Of a DNA stretch of 35,870 bases, positions 18,887 through 28,657 are shown one piece after another. The DNA is from Bacteroidia bacterium. GTDB lineage: Bacteria; Bacteroidota; Bacteroidia; Chitinophagales; Saprospiraceae. The position numbers and the translations under genes were made by a program. Under the pieces are notes generated by a model that was not told the origin of the DNA, searched no databases, and saw only the letters and a list, made by a program, of their open reading frames with translations. The stretch lies in contig JAUIIF010000001.1 of the NCBI GenBank assembly GCA_030431945.1, positions 1-35,870 of the forward strand, in the 5' to 3' direction. The number at the start of each line of letters is the position of its first letter. Within the stretch, counting starts at the first letter, position 1.

Positions 18887-19856
18887 GACCCTGCAACAGC
18901 TGCGCTATTTAATCGCCCTTGATGACCACCGGCATTTTGGCCGGGCTGCGGAAGCTTCTTTTGTAGCCCAACCAACCCTTACCACTCAGTTACGAAAACT
19001 GGAGGACCACTTAGGCGTACAACTCATTGACCGTAAGGCAACTCCGGTTTGCCCAACACCGGTGGGGGCCAAAGTCATCGCACAAGCCCGGATCATCCTG
19101 GACGAAGTCACCGGTATGCGGGCATTGCTCTCCGAAGAAACTGAAAGCCTCTCGGGTACCTACACACTCGGAATTATTCCTACGATTGCGCCCTACCTGC
19201 TTCCCTTGTTTATTCAGTCCTTTACCCGGCTGCATCCTGACATTAAGCTCATCATCAGGGAAATGCAGTCCGAGCAGATTATTGAAGGTTTACAACGCAA
19301 TCAGTTGGACCTGGGGTTACTCGTCACGCCACTAGACGAAAAGCAGTTGCGGGAAATCGTCTTATTCTACGAACCATTCCTCATCTATGCCTCCCCGAAT
19401 GAGGAGATACTCCAGCAAAGTCCTTTGCTGCCTGACCACGTGCAGCGTAAAGACCTCTGGATTCTGGAACAAGGTCACTGCTTCCGTAATCAGGTACTGA
19501 ATATTTGCACCGTCCCTCCGAAACTCTCCACCAGTACATCTGCGCCGGCCACCAGTTACCCGGCAGAAGATCACCGGGCTTTCACCTTCCAGGCCGGCTC
19601 CATCGAAACTTTAAAGAACATGGTTCGCAATAATCTGGGGTACACCATTATCCCGGAAATGTCCGTTCATCCGGAACTGGACCGGGCCCTCGTCAAACGC
19701 TTTGCGGAACCGCAGCCCGCCCGGGAAGTTTCACTCGTAGTTAATAAGACCTTTACCCGGGAGCAGCTACTCATCGAATTACGCAAGGCAATCCTGGCCG
19801 TCGTACCCGACAGTTTCATGAAGAATGAGCGTTACGTGGGCATTGCCTGGCGTTAG
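18885..19856 (+). CDS. oxyR: Hydrogen peroxide-inducible LysR regulator OxyR
   Basis: MTLQQLRY...HFGRAAEASFVAQPTLT HTH, GIIPTIAPYLLP, redox motif GHCFRNQVLNIC (C-x8-C) and GSIETL. Confidence 0.92.
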   Translation: MTLQQLRYLIALDDHRHFGRAAEASFVAQPTLTTQLRKLEDHLGVQLIDRKATPVCPTPVGAKVIAQARIILDEVTGMRALLSEETESLSGTYTLGIIPTIAPYLLPLFIQSFTRLHPDIKLIIREMQSEQIIEGLQRNQLDLGLLVTPLDEKQLREIVLFYEPFLIYASPNEEILQQSPLLPDHVQRKDLWILEQGHCFRNQVLNICTVPPKLSTSTSAPATSYPAEDHRAFTFQAGSIETLKNMVRNNLGYTIIPEMSVHPELDRALVKRFAEPQPAREVSLVVNKTFTREQLLIELRKAILAVVPDSFMKNERYVGIAWR

Positions 19857-20051
19857 CAAAAACGGCGACCTCCTACCCCAACAGAGGAATCCCGGCAAAT
19901 TGGGGGCTGTTCCTCTGCAAGTGTCGATGTTATCACCACCTACAGCACTAAAAAGCGCGAACGCAGGTGCAAAAACCAGGTAAATTGGCAGAGGAAGAAG
20001 ACGCCTTGAAATTGAAGAGTCCCGCAAGTTGGCCCTGGAAAGGGGCAAGCC

Positions 20052-21872
20052 TTAATGTACCACTACCCTGGTCGTCCGGATGCCTTTGGCCAGACGAAGT
20101 CTGGCAAAGTAAAGCCCCGCGGGCAAACCTGCCGCCAGTACCACCTGGTTCTCTCCGGCAACCCCGCTTACTGCCTTTTGTCGCACGATCTTTCCAGTCG
20201 CATCCACCAGCTCAATATCCAGTTGCTCCGCCTGACGAAGGGTAAATGCCAGACGAACCACGTCAGTAGTCGGATTAGGCTGTACCGTTAACGGAAAATC
20301 GAGCTGACGACTGGGTGTCAGACTGGTCGGCTCGAGGCTGTAACTGTCCAGATTATCGTAGAAGTAGGTATCTCCGGTAGTTCGGTCAGGGTCGATCAAT
20401 AACACCATTTTCCTGATGCCGGTAGCTGAAGCACCATTATCGGGCCGGTCCAGCAATTCAAAGGTTAACCGCTCCCATTCCCCCTGTTTAGTTGTCCGGG
20501 CCCGGTAGCGGCTGTGGCGTCCGGCCGGATAGTTGTCAGCAGTCGCCGCTGAAGTCTCTAATTGCAAGAGTACTTCCTTCCCGGCGAAGGCATCGGAGTA
20601 GATGTCCATAGAAAAGCCCATGTTACCGTCAACAAAATTGCCCGCATTGGTAATGGTGGAAACATCATAGACGATGACATCAAACTGGTTTTGGTTGTCC
20701 CGGACGTACCGGCCACACAACGCCGAGCTGTTTACGGCATCCGCGGCGGGGTTCGGCACTTCCGTAAGGTCACCCGTCGAGAATTCATACACTGCCCGGG
20801 CTTCCTCATCAAAGTTTTCAAAGCTGTAATCGTAGCGTAAGCTCGGAGCAACGTAGACCTCCGTACTGACGGTATATTCTCCACAGGCAGTAGTGATGGT
20901 AGCGGCAACGGTACCGCCGCCAGTCGGGAAATCCACCAAAATCCCCGCAGGGTTACTGTTATCCGTAATTACGGCACCGGCGGGAACGGACCAGGTTATG
21001 GTAGCGCCGGCCGGAACGTTGCCAAGCGAGTACGCCACGTTGGTGGCACCAGCCTCCAGATCGCGCAGTCCGCGTAAAAAAGCCGGGGCAGTGTCGTAGA
21101 CCCTTACGTAGTCGACCACCATTTCGGCCGGAAAAAAACCACCGCCAATCGACCCGCCAAAAGTTCCGCCGATGGCCAGGTTGAGCAGGAAGTGAAAATC
21201 CTGATTAAAGGGCCAGCGCTCTCCGCCCAGACTCCCCGGTTGTTTATTACCAAAGCGATAACCGTCCACAAACCAGGTAATGCTGTTTTCGCGCCAATCC
21301 ACCGCAAAGGTGTGGTATTCATCCGACCAATCCCCGCCATTTAATTCAATCTCTGAACCGGTCATCGAGTTATTGGGAAACGGTTGGCCGTAATGCAGCG
21401 TACCGAATAAATTATCCGGAGCGCGCCCTACCCATTCCATGATGTCAATTTCTCCACTTTGCGGCCAGCCGCCGTAGACTTCGTCGGTACTCAACATCCA
21501 GAACGCGGGCCAGAGGCCACGCCCCGGAGGCAGCTTGATCCTGGCTTCCAGGTACCCGTAGCGAAGGTCAACCTTACCCTTGGTGTTGATGCGGCCCGAA
21601 GAGTAGGATCGCCCGCCGGCAGATTCCTGCCGGCAGGTAATGGTCAATTTTCCATCCGCGACAACCACGTTATCGCTTTGGTACCACTGCTGCTCGTTGT
21701 TTCCCCAGCCACAAATACCAAGGTCGCAACCATCCCCCGTCTGGAAGTTCCAATCGTTCGTATTCAGGGAGGTGCCGTCAAATTCATCCGACCAGATCAG
21801 GGTCGGGCACTGGGCAAACACTACGTAGGGAAATACGAGCAGGGGGAATAATAATTTCAACATAAGGGGCAT
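20052..21872 (-). CDS. GH16 beta-1,3-glucanase/laminarinase-like enzyme with Ig/CBM-like modules and a T9SS C-terminal sorting domain
   Basis: WSDEFDG, GWGNNEQQ, GLWPAFWML, catalytic SGEIDIME; C-terminal VQPNPT...LPAGLYF. The start may be 21863. Confidence 0.92.
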   Translation of the reverse strand: MPLMLKLLFPLLVFPYVVFAQCPTLIWSDEFDGTSLNTNDWNFQTGDGCDLGICGWGNNEQQWYQSDNVVVADGKLTITCRQESAGGRSYSSGRINTKGKVDLRYGYLEARIKLPPGRGLWPAFWMLSTDEVYGGWPQSGEIDIMEWVGRAPDNLFGTLHYGQPFPNNSMTGSEIELNGGDWSDEYHTFAVDWRENSITWFVDGYRFGNKQPGSLGGERWPFNQDFHFLLNLAIGGTFGGSIGGGFFPAEMVVDYVRVYDTAPAFLRGLRDLEAGATNVAYSLGNVPAGATITWSVPAGAVITDNSNPAGILVDFPTGGGTVAATITTACGEYTVSTEVYVAPSLRYDYSFENFDEEARAVYEFSTGDLTEVPNPAADAVNSSALCGRYVRDNQNQFDVIVYDVSTITNAGNFVDGNMGFSMDIYSDAFAGKEVLLQLETSAATADNYPAGRHSRYRARTTKQGEWERLTFELLDRPDNGASATGIRKMVLLIDPDRTTGDTYFYDNLDSYSLEPTSLTPSRQLDFPLTVQPNPTTDVVRLAFTLRQAEQLDIELVDATGKIVRQKAVSGVAGENQVVLAAGLPAGLYFARLRLAKGIRTTRVVVH

Positions 21873-22000
21873 GATAGTTTACGGCGAGTAAAGTAGGCAA
21901 AAAAAATTGCTACGCCGGCCGTGGGTAGCAGGAAATGCACCACCAGTTCTAAAATTCCGGCCTTTGCTAAGGCCCGGTTCCGCGGCAATATTGGCCATTT

Positions 22001-22082
22001 GGCGCGGCCGCAGGTGCAGGGGGAAAGTACCCGGCAAGGTGGACGGCTCCTTCTACCTACACCCTGCACCTGCGGCCCCGCC
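22001..22082. repeat. Short element bounded by 21-bp inverted repeats (dispersed repeat family)
   Basis: GGCGCGGCCGCAGGTGCAGGG (22001-22021) and CCCTGCACCTGCGGCCCCGCC (22062-22082), 20/21 complementary. Confidence 0.75.
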
Positions 22083-22152
22083 CCGAGCGATTTTCATCAG
22101 GCAATCGATAGTTAAAAACCCGGCATAGGGTAATTGTTGCTCTAACAATTTG

Positions 22153-22160
22153 TACTTTTG
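22153..22160 (+). promoter_or_regulatory. Bacteroidota -7 promoter element for susC
   Basis: TACTTTTG matches TAnnTTTG, about 230 nt upstream of the susC ATG. Confidence 0.55.
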
Positions 22161-22393
22161 CACCAAGCAGCGGATCAAAGATTCATATCGTTAAAAAAGC
22201 ACATTATTCGTTTTACCACCACTCTTTACTTACTACTACGCCTCCATCTATCCTATTACTTTCAAAGCAGCTGGTACTGTATTACCAGCTGATCAACATC
22301 GGTACCTGGCGCTTTAGCGCAAGTATATAGTTCTCCGGAGTCCACCTGTCCGGTGAACAGATCTATTATTTTTTCTAACCAATATTCACTAGA

Positions 22394-25300
22394 ATGAAAC
22401 AGTTAATTTTTCTTTTCATACTCGTAGTGGGCGGAGTCGGCAGTATGCTGGCGCAGCGCTCCATTACGGGAACCATTACCGATGGTAATGACCCGCTGAT
22501 CGGTGCCTCGGTCCTGATCAAAGGCACTACCACTGGTACCGTGACTGATTTTGACGGAAATTTCAAACTTTCAGTTCCGGCAAATGCGGAAATGCTCGTC
22601 GTCAGCTACACGGGTTTTGCTTCTCAGGACGTGCCACTGACTGCGGCCAGCAATTACGACATTTTGCTAGCCGAAGGGGTACAACTTTCTGACGTGGTCG
22701 TAACGGCCCTCGGCATCAGCCGCGAGGAAAAGTCGTTGGGCTATGCCGTTGACCAGATTGATGGTGACGCTCTTACCCGTACCCAGGAAAACAGCCTCGT
22801 AAGCTCCCTTTCCGGTCGCCTGGCCGGCGCCCAGATTAACAACTCCAACAGCGGGTTGGGTGGTTCTGCCAACATCATCCTGCGTGGTGCTACGTCCGTT
22901 ACCGGATCCAACCGCCCGCTGTTCGTAGTGGACGGTATTCCGATTGCCAACAACAACCACAACGGTTCTGCGGCAAGCGTTGCTTCTGCCGGCCGTGACT
23001 ACGGTACTACGGCTCAGGACATCAACCCGAACGACATCGCTTCGGTATCCGTCCTCAAAGGCGGCGCGGCAGCCGCACTGTACGGTTCGCGTGCCTCTAA
23101 CGGGGTTATCCTGATTACGACGAAGTCCGGTAGCAGCCGTAAAGGTATTGGCGTTACCGTTAGCTCCGGCATGACGATCAACAACGTAGCGGTACTGCCG
23201 GACTACCAGAACAAGTACGGTGGTGGTTACAGCCTGGACTTCCAGACCTTCGAATTCGACCCCTCCGTTCACCCAGCAGACTGGGCGAGCTTTGACGGAC
23301 AGCAGTACCCTGAGTACTATGCTGACGAAAGCTGGGGCCCTGAGCTGAATGGCCAGATGGTCCGTCACTGGGACAGCTGGTACCCGGGTGAAAACTTTGG
23401 TGAGCTGCGCCCCTGGTCCGCTAACCCGGACAACATCAAGAACTTCTACGACACGGGTATTTCCCTGGACAACAGCATTGCTGTTTCCGGCGGTAACGAT
23501 CAGTCGCAGTTCCGGATGTCTTACACGAACAGCGACAACAACGGTGTTTTCCCCGCATCCAAACTGAACCGCAACACCATCAGCATCAACGCCAGCCAGA
23601 AAATGGGCAGCAAGTTGACGGCTAGCCTGAACGGTACCTACGTAAACACCCGTGGTGAGGGCCGCCCGGCCATCGGCTACGGTGGTTTCGGTGATGCCAT
23701 CAACGTACAGGCCAACTTTAACGAGTGGTTCCAGCGCCAGCTGGATATGGACCGCCTGGCCAACTACGAGAACCCCGATGGTACGCCCCGTACCTGGAAC
23801 CTGCGTGGTCCGGACGATCTGCGCGCGCAGTACTGGGAAAGCCCTTACTGGGTGGTTTACAACGACCGTGGCAACGATAACCGTGACCGGATGTACGGTA
23901 ACCTCAGCCTCAAGTACGACATTCTCCCCGGCCTGTCCATCACGGGTAGCGCCCGGACGGATTACTACAATTTCTCCGTAAACGACCGGCTGGCTTCCGG
24001 TTCCGCAGCCAACATTGCTTACGCCGAACGTCTGAACGTCATCAACCGCGAGAACAACTTCGAACTTCTTGCCAACTACAATACCAGCCTGAGCACGGAC
24101 TTCACCGTCGACGCAACGGTGGGCGGTAACCTGCGCCAGGACGAATACAGCAGCAGCAGCTCTAAGACGAGCGGTGGCCTGAGCGTCCCTGGTCTTTACA
24201 CGATCGAAGCTTCCGTTGACCGTCCTTCCCGCTCCGACTTCATGAGCACCAAGGAGGTACAGTCTGTTTTCGGTCGTCTGAGCCTTGGCTGGCGCTCGCT
24301 CCTTTACGTAGACGTAACGGGACGTAATGACTGGTCTTCTGCACTGGAAGCTGGTAACAACAGCTACTTCTACCCCTCGGTATCCACCAGCTTCGTGTTC
24401 AGCGAACTCCTGGGTGACGATGGTTTCATCAGCTTCGGTAAGCTGCGCGGTGGCGTTGCTACCGTTGGTAACGACCCGGCCCCTTACCAGACGCGTGACG
24501 GTTTCTCCGCTACGGATCCTTACGGTTCTAACCCAACCTTCGCCGTACCAAACACCCAGGCCAACCGTGACCTGATTGCAGAGTCCATCACGACCATCGA
24601 AGTTGGTCTGGACATGCGCTTCCTCAACGACCGGGTAGGATTTGACGTAACGTACTACGACATTGAATCTAAGGACCTCATCATCAACCTTGGTGTTTCC
24701 GGCACGACCGGCTTTACCAACGTTTCCACCAATGCTGGTCTGGTAACCAACAAAGGTGTAGAGGTAAAACTTTACGGTACGCCCATCAAAACCCGCAATT
24801 TCACGTGGGAGACGGCCGTCAACTTTGCCTCCAATGAGAACGAAGTAGTTGAGCTGGCCGAAGGCCAGGACCTGCTTTCCCTCGGCAGCTACGGCACGCA
24901 GTTTGTAGCGCAGGTCGGCCAGCCTTACGGCACGCTTATCGGCCTTGGCTACGAGCGTACGGACGCTGGTGAGATCCTGATCGATGAGAACGGTTTCCCC
25001 GTACTCGCTTCCAACATCAACATGGGCAGCGTATTCCCCGACTACACCGGTGGTTTCATCAACGACTTTACCTTTAAGGGCTTCCGCCTCGGTTCCGTTA
25101 TTGACTTCCGTAAAGGTGGTACGTTGTACTCTGTTTCCAACCGTTGGGGTACCTACTCCGGTCAGTTCTCCAACACGATTGGTCTGAACGCGAATGGTGT
25201 TGATATCCGCCAGCCGGTATCAGAAGGTGGTGGCATCATCGTTGAAGGCGTAACGGCCGACGGTTCCCCGAATACGACCTACGTGGATGCACAGACGCAC

Positions 25301-25585
25301 TTCGGTCGTCTGCGTAACTTCCGCGAAGCCTTTACCTACGACGCCAGCTTCGTTAAGCTCCGGGAGGTAACGCTGGGCTACGACCTGCCCTCCAGCCTGC
25401 TGCAGAATACCTTTATTGGTACGGCTACGATCAGCGTCTTCGGTCGTAACCTGGCTATCCTGAGCAAGAACACGCCGAATATCGATCCTGAAAGTGCCGT
25501 TACGAACGACAACGTGCAGGGCTTCGAAAACGGTCAGAACCCTAGTGTTCGCAGCATCGGTGTGAACGTAAAACTTGGTTTCTAG
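22394..25585 (+). CDS. susC: SusC/RagA-family TonB-dependent transporter
   Basis: CarboxypepD_reg-like N-terminus (GTVTDFDGNF), VVVTALGI, PLFVVDG, DINPNDIASVSVLKG..AAALYGSRASNGVILITTK, C-terminal F. Confidence 0.97.
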   Translation: MKQLIFLFILVVGGVGSMLAQRSITGTITDGNDPLIGASVLIKGTTTGTVTDFDGNFKLSVPANAEMLVVSYTGFASQDVPLTAASNYDILLAEGVQLSDVVVTALGISREEKSLGYAVDQIDGDALTRTQENSLVSSLSGRLAGAQINNSNSGLGGSANIILRGATSVTGSNRPLFVVDGIPIANNNHNGSAASVASAGRDYGTTAQDINPNDIASVSVLKGGAAAALYGSRASNGVILITTKSGSSRKGIGVTVSSGMTINNVAVLPDYQNKYGGGYSLDFQTFEFDPSVHPADWASFDGQQYPEYYADESWGPELNGQMVRHWDSWYPGENFGELRPWSANPDNIKNFYDTGISLDNSIAVSGGNDQSQFRMSYTNSDNNGVFPASKLNRNTISINASQKMGSKLTASLNGTYVNTRGEGRPAIGYGGFGDAINVQANFNEWFQRQLDMDRLANYENPDGTPRTWNLRGPDDLRAQYWESPYWVVYNDRGNDNRDRMYGNLSLKYDILPGLSITGSARTDYYNFSVNDRLASGSAANIAYAERLNVINRENNFELLANYNTSLSTDFTVDATVGGNLRQDEYSSSSSKTSGGLSVPGLYTIEASVDRPSRSDFMSTKEVQSVFGRLSLGWRSLLYVDVTGRNDWSSALEAGNNSYFYPSVSTSFVFSELLGDDGFISFGKLRGGVATVGNDPAPYQTRDGFSATDPYGSNPTFAVPNTQANRDLIAESITTIEVGLDMRFLNDRVGFDVTYYDIESKDLIINLGVSGTTGFTNVSTNAGLVTNKGVEVKLYGTPIKTRNFTWETAVNFASNENEVVELAEGQDLLSLGSYGTQFVAQVGQPYGTLIGLGYERTDAGEILIDENGFPVLASNINMGSVFPDYTGGFINDFTFKGFRLGSVIDFRKGGTLYSVSNRWGTYSGQFSNTIGLNANGVDIRQPVSEGGGIIVEGVTADGSPNTTYVDAQTHFGRLRNFREAFTYDASFVKLREVTLGYDLPSSLLQNTFIGTATISVFGRNLAILSKNTPNIDPESAVTNDNVQGFENGQNPSVRSIGVNVKLGF

Positions 25586-25695
25586 TAAGCAGGACCACCG
25601 CTGGTTAGGCGGCGCAGCGCCTCGTAACCAGCGGATAACCTGTACCATTGCAACTATTCTCCGGCGCTGCCGGAACAATTTTAAAAACAATTACC

Positions 25696-27168
25696 ATGAA
25701 TCGCATTCTTTTTGCGTGTATGATCATGCTCGGCCTCACCGCTTGTACGGATGATTTCGAAGCCATCAATACTAACCCGAACAGCCCGGTGGCTGTTCCT
25801 TCTTCTTACCTGGTAACCCAGGCTCAGCGGGCACTTGTCGACCTGGTGGTCGGCGAAGGCTTTGCCGGTGTCGGCACTTACGGCCAGCACTACATCCAGC
25901 ACTTGTCCCAAACCCAGTACACGGACGTTACCCGCTACGATGACATCCGCACCTCTTTCTACGGCTTTTACAACGGCGGCCTTGTCGACCTGGAGCGCGT
26001 GATCGAGCTGAATACGGACGAAGCCACCCGTGATGCCATCTCTGCTTCTGGCCCTAACGAGAGCCAGATCGCTCTGGCAAAGGTGATGCAAAGCTGGGCC
26101 TTTATGTCCATGACGGACTTCTGGGGCGACATTCCCTACAGCGAAGCCCTCAAAGGAGTAGCCAACCTGAACCCCAAGTACGACGAGCAGGAGCAAATCT
26201 ACCGTGATATTGTGGCTACGCTGGTGGAAGCTGGTGACATGATTTCTTCCGACGCTGCGGGCGTTGACGGTGACATTATCTTTGGTGGTGACATGCAGCT
26301 CGTCCGTAAGTTTGCTAACAGCCTGATCCTCCGTGCCGGTATCCGCGTCTCTGACGTGGCACCAAGCCTCGGTCAGGAATGGGCGAACCTGGGCATCAGC
26401 CGTGGTGTACTGGAAAGTAATGATGAGAACATCGCCCTGAACTACCTCGGTGGTGGTGAATTCGCCAACAATACCTTCTACACCGATTTCCTGACGCGGA
26501 CGGATTACGCCATCAGTGAGCCGCTGGTTGACTTCATGGCCAACCTCGACGACCCACGTATTCCCGTATACGCTCAGCCAACGGCGACCAGTGTTGCCGG
26601 CGGCAACCCAGCCTACGTAGGTATGGTGTACGGTGTGACGGAAAGCGAAGCTGGTCAGATTTCTGTCGCAGACGTTTCCTTCCCCGGTCTGGCTTTCGTA
26701 GGTATCAATGCCCCAGCGGTATTACTTACTTACAGCGAAGTGCTCTTCAACCGGGCTGAAGCGGCTCAGCGTGGCTGGACCGGCGGTGACGCCGAAGCCC
26801 TGTACGATGCAGCCATCACGGCCAGCATGAACCAGTTCGGCATTACGGATACCGACGCCATCAACGCTTACGTCAATCAGGAAGGTGTGGACTACAACGC
26901 TGCTGACTTCGAGCAACTGATCGGTGAGCAGAAGTGGGTTGCGCTGTTCTTCCAGGGCATGGAAGCATGGTCTGAGTGGCGCCGCCTGGGCTACCCGGAA
27001 CTGGCTCCGGCTCCGGCAGCCATCCAGATAAATACCATTCCTACCCGTCGCGGCTACCCGGACAATGAATTCAGCCTGAACAACGCCAACTACCTCGAAG
27101 CACTCATGCGTCAGTTTAATACTGACGAAGACAAGCTGGACCAGAGAGTTTGGTGGGACGTTGATTAA
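25696..27168 (+). CDS. susD: SusD/RagB-family nutrient-binding lipoprotein
   Basis: Lipobox LTAC, FEAINTNPN, TDFWGDIPYSEA, QKWVALF..GMEAWSEWRR, C-terminal VWWD. Start moved to MNRILF (25696). Confidence 0.95.
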   Translation: MNRILFACMIMLGLTACTDDFEAINTNPNSPVAVPSSYLVTQAQRALVDLVVGEGFAGVGTYGQHYIQHLSQTQYTDVTRYDDIRTSFYGFYNGGLVDLERVIELNTDEATRDAISASGPNESQIALAKVMQSWAFMSMTDFWGDIPYSEALKGVANLNPKYDEQEQIYRDIVATLVEAGDMISSDAAGVDGDIIFGGDMQLVRKFANSLILRAGIRVSDVAPSLGQEWANLGISRGVLESNDENIALNYLGGGEFANNTFYTDFLTRTDYAISEPLVDFMANLDDPRIPVYAQPTATSVAGGNPAYVGMVYGVTESEAGQISVADVSFPGLAFVGINAPAVLLTYSEVLFNRAEAAQRGWTGGDAEALYDAAITASMNQFGITDTDAINAYVNQEGVDYNAADFEQLIGEQKWVALFFQGMEAWSEWRRLGYPELAPAPAAIQINTIPTRRGYPDNEFSLNNANYLEALMRQFNTDEDKLDQRVWWDVD

Positions 27169-27236
27169 CTCCTCGGCTGATCCGTCAGTAAGGGCTATTA
27201 TTCTGTAGCCACCCTGACAGAACATCATCCAATTGG

Positions 27237-27276
27237 TGGGAGACGAAGCTCGTTGCTTCGTCTCCCATTTTATTTT
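27237..27276 (+). terminator. Intrinsic terminator after susD
   Basis: TGGGAGACGAAGC-TCGTT-GCTTCGTCTCCCA-TTTTATTTT. Confidence 0.85.
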
Positions 27277-27293
27277 CGATACTTTGTCTACGT

Positions 27294-28421
27294 ATGTGCC
27301 CACGAACTATCCTTTGCTATTGTCTGTTCTTCCTGCTCCTGACGGGGTGCCCGGCCGACCGGCCCATTGTCCCTACCCCCGGCACCATCCCCGAACCCGC
27401 CGCCAGTATTGATACCGGCCGCCTCGGCGAAGCAGAATACGTTATTTTCAGTAACGGGCGTCGTGGCATTCTCACCGCCTTTTACCGAAACACCTCCGGC
27501 AGTAGCAGGCTTCTCGAGCTATCTCCTCTCGACAACGGGCGAACCATGGAAATCCTCCAGGACGACACGGGCACGATCTACGACATTTTCGGGCACGGGG
27601 CAGGTGGCGCAAATGACGGCCAGAGCCTTCAGGCAGTTTCTCAGGGGTTAGCTTTCTGGTTGGTTTACGGTGGACTTTTTCCCGGCGCCCCCCTGGATGA
27701 CTTGCCCGGAGCCGTTCCGGATACCTTGTCCTTACGGTATAACGGCACTTATGACATCCCCGTCAACAGCCTCTACACCGGGACTGGATTCGGGATCATT
27801 GCTCCGCTGGACAATCCGGAATTCATTGAGTTCAACCGTCGGACAGAAGCCATTCCCTCCGGAATTGAGGAAGATGATCAACTGGTCGGAATCAGCCTGA
27901 ACGGTGACACCCGTCTTTACCCACTACCGATTCTTGCCGCGCACGAAATCGTCAATGATGTAGTGGGGGGTATTCCGGTAGCCATCACTTATTCCCCCCT
28001 TTCCGGTTCCGCCCGCGTCTGGCGCCGCCCTGGTGCGGCGGGTAACCAACTCGGCGTAACCGGGATGTTGGCTAATAGTGCCATGTTAATGTTTGACCGG
28101 TCACAGACCGCCAATCATTACCACCAGATTACCGGCCGGTGCGTTACGGGCTTCTGCCGGGATCAATTTCTCGAACCCATCAATTATCTAATTACTTCGT
28201 GGACACACTGGCGGAATTTGCTGTCTGAAGTAAAGGTCCTCCTCCCCTCCCCCAGCATCGATGTGGATCGGGCCCGGAGAATGGATCCCCGCATCAGAGG
28301 TACGGTGCCCCACGGCTTCCCGGTGGATTTCTTCGATCCACGCCTCCCGGAGAAAGAACTGACCTTTGGCCTCACCAACGGCCTGGAAGGGCGAAGCTAC
28401 ACCCTCGGTCAATTTGAATAG
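27294..28421 (+). CDS. DUF3179-like lipoprotein (apparently permuted, CxxC replaced by SxxS)
   Basis: Lipobox LTGC; YPLPILAAHEIVNDVVGG.PVAITYSPLSGS, GVTGML..S.MLMFDR and TSWTHW resemble DUF3179 motifs. Confidence 0.75.
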   Translation: MCPRTILCYCLFFLLLTGCPADRPIVPTPGTIPEPAASIDTGRLGEAEYVIFSNGRRGILTAFYRNTSGSSRLLELSPLDNGRTMEILQDDTGTIYDIFGHGAGGANDGQSLQAVSQGLAFWLVYGGLFPGAPLDDLPGAVPDTLSLRYNGTYDIPVNSLYTGTGFGIIAPLDNPEFIEFNRRTEAIPSGIEEDDQLVGISLNGDTRLYPLPILAAHEIVNDVVGGIPVAITYSPLSGSARVWRRPGAAGNQLGVTGMLANSAMLMFDRSQTANHYHQITGRCVTGFCRDQFLEPINYLITSWTHWRNLLSEVKVLLPSPSIDVDRARRMDPRIRGTVPHGFPVDFFDPRLPEKELTFGLTNGLEGRSYTLGQFE

Positions 28422-28593
28422 GAGCCCCGCAGCGGGGCTTGACAACTTTTGCCACCGCTGGAATCCCCCCTTAAAAAGCAGTCGGCACCGACCAGAGCTA
28501 CTTCCGCCTGCCCTACCCCAACGGGGTTATACTTGACTTCAGGGTCCTGCCCACTGCTACAATAACTCTACCCTGCACCCGCGTGCGCGCCCC

Positions 28594-28632
28594 AAAAAGA
28601 AACCCCGTCAACACCAGAGGTTGACGGGGTTT
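28594..28632 (-). terminator. Intrinsic terminator of the atp operon
   Basis: 13-bp stem AAACCCCGTCAAC / GTTGACGGGGTTT followed by CTTTTT on the minus strand. Confidence 0.85.
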
Positions 28633-28657
28633 GCGGTAATTCTGAACGCGGACTTCC

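Noticed and set aside
22001-22082. Invertible promoter upstream of susC
   Set aside because: The TAnnTTTG element (22153) lies outside the inverted repeats, the repeats belong to a dispersed family, and no recombinase is nearby.
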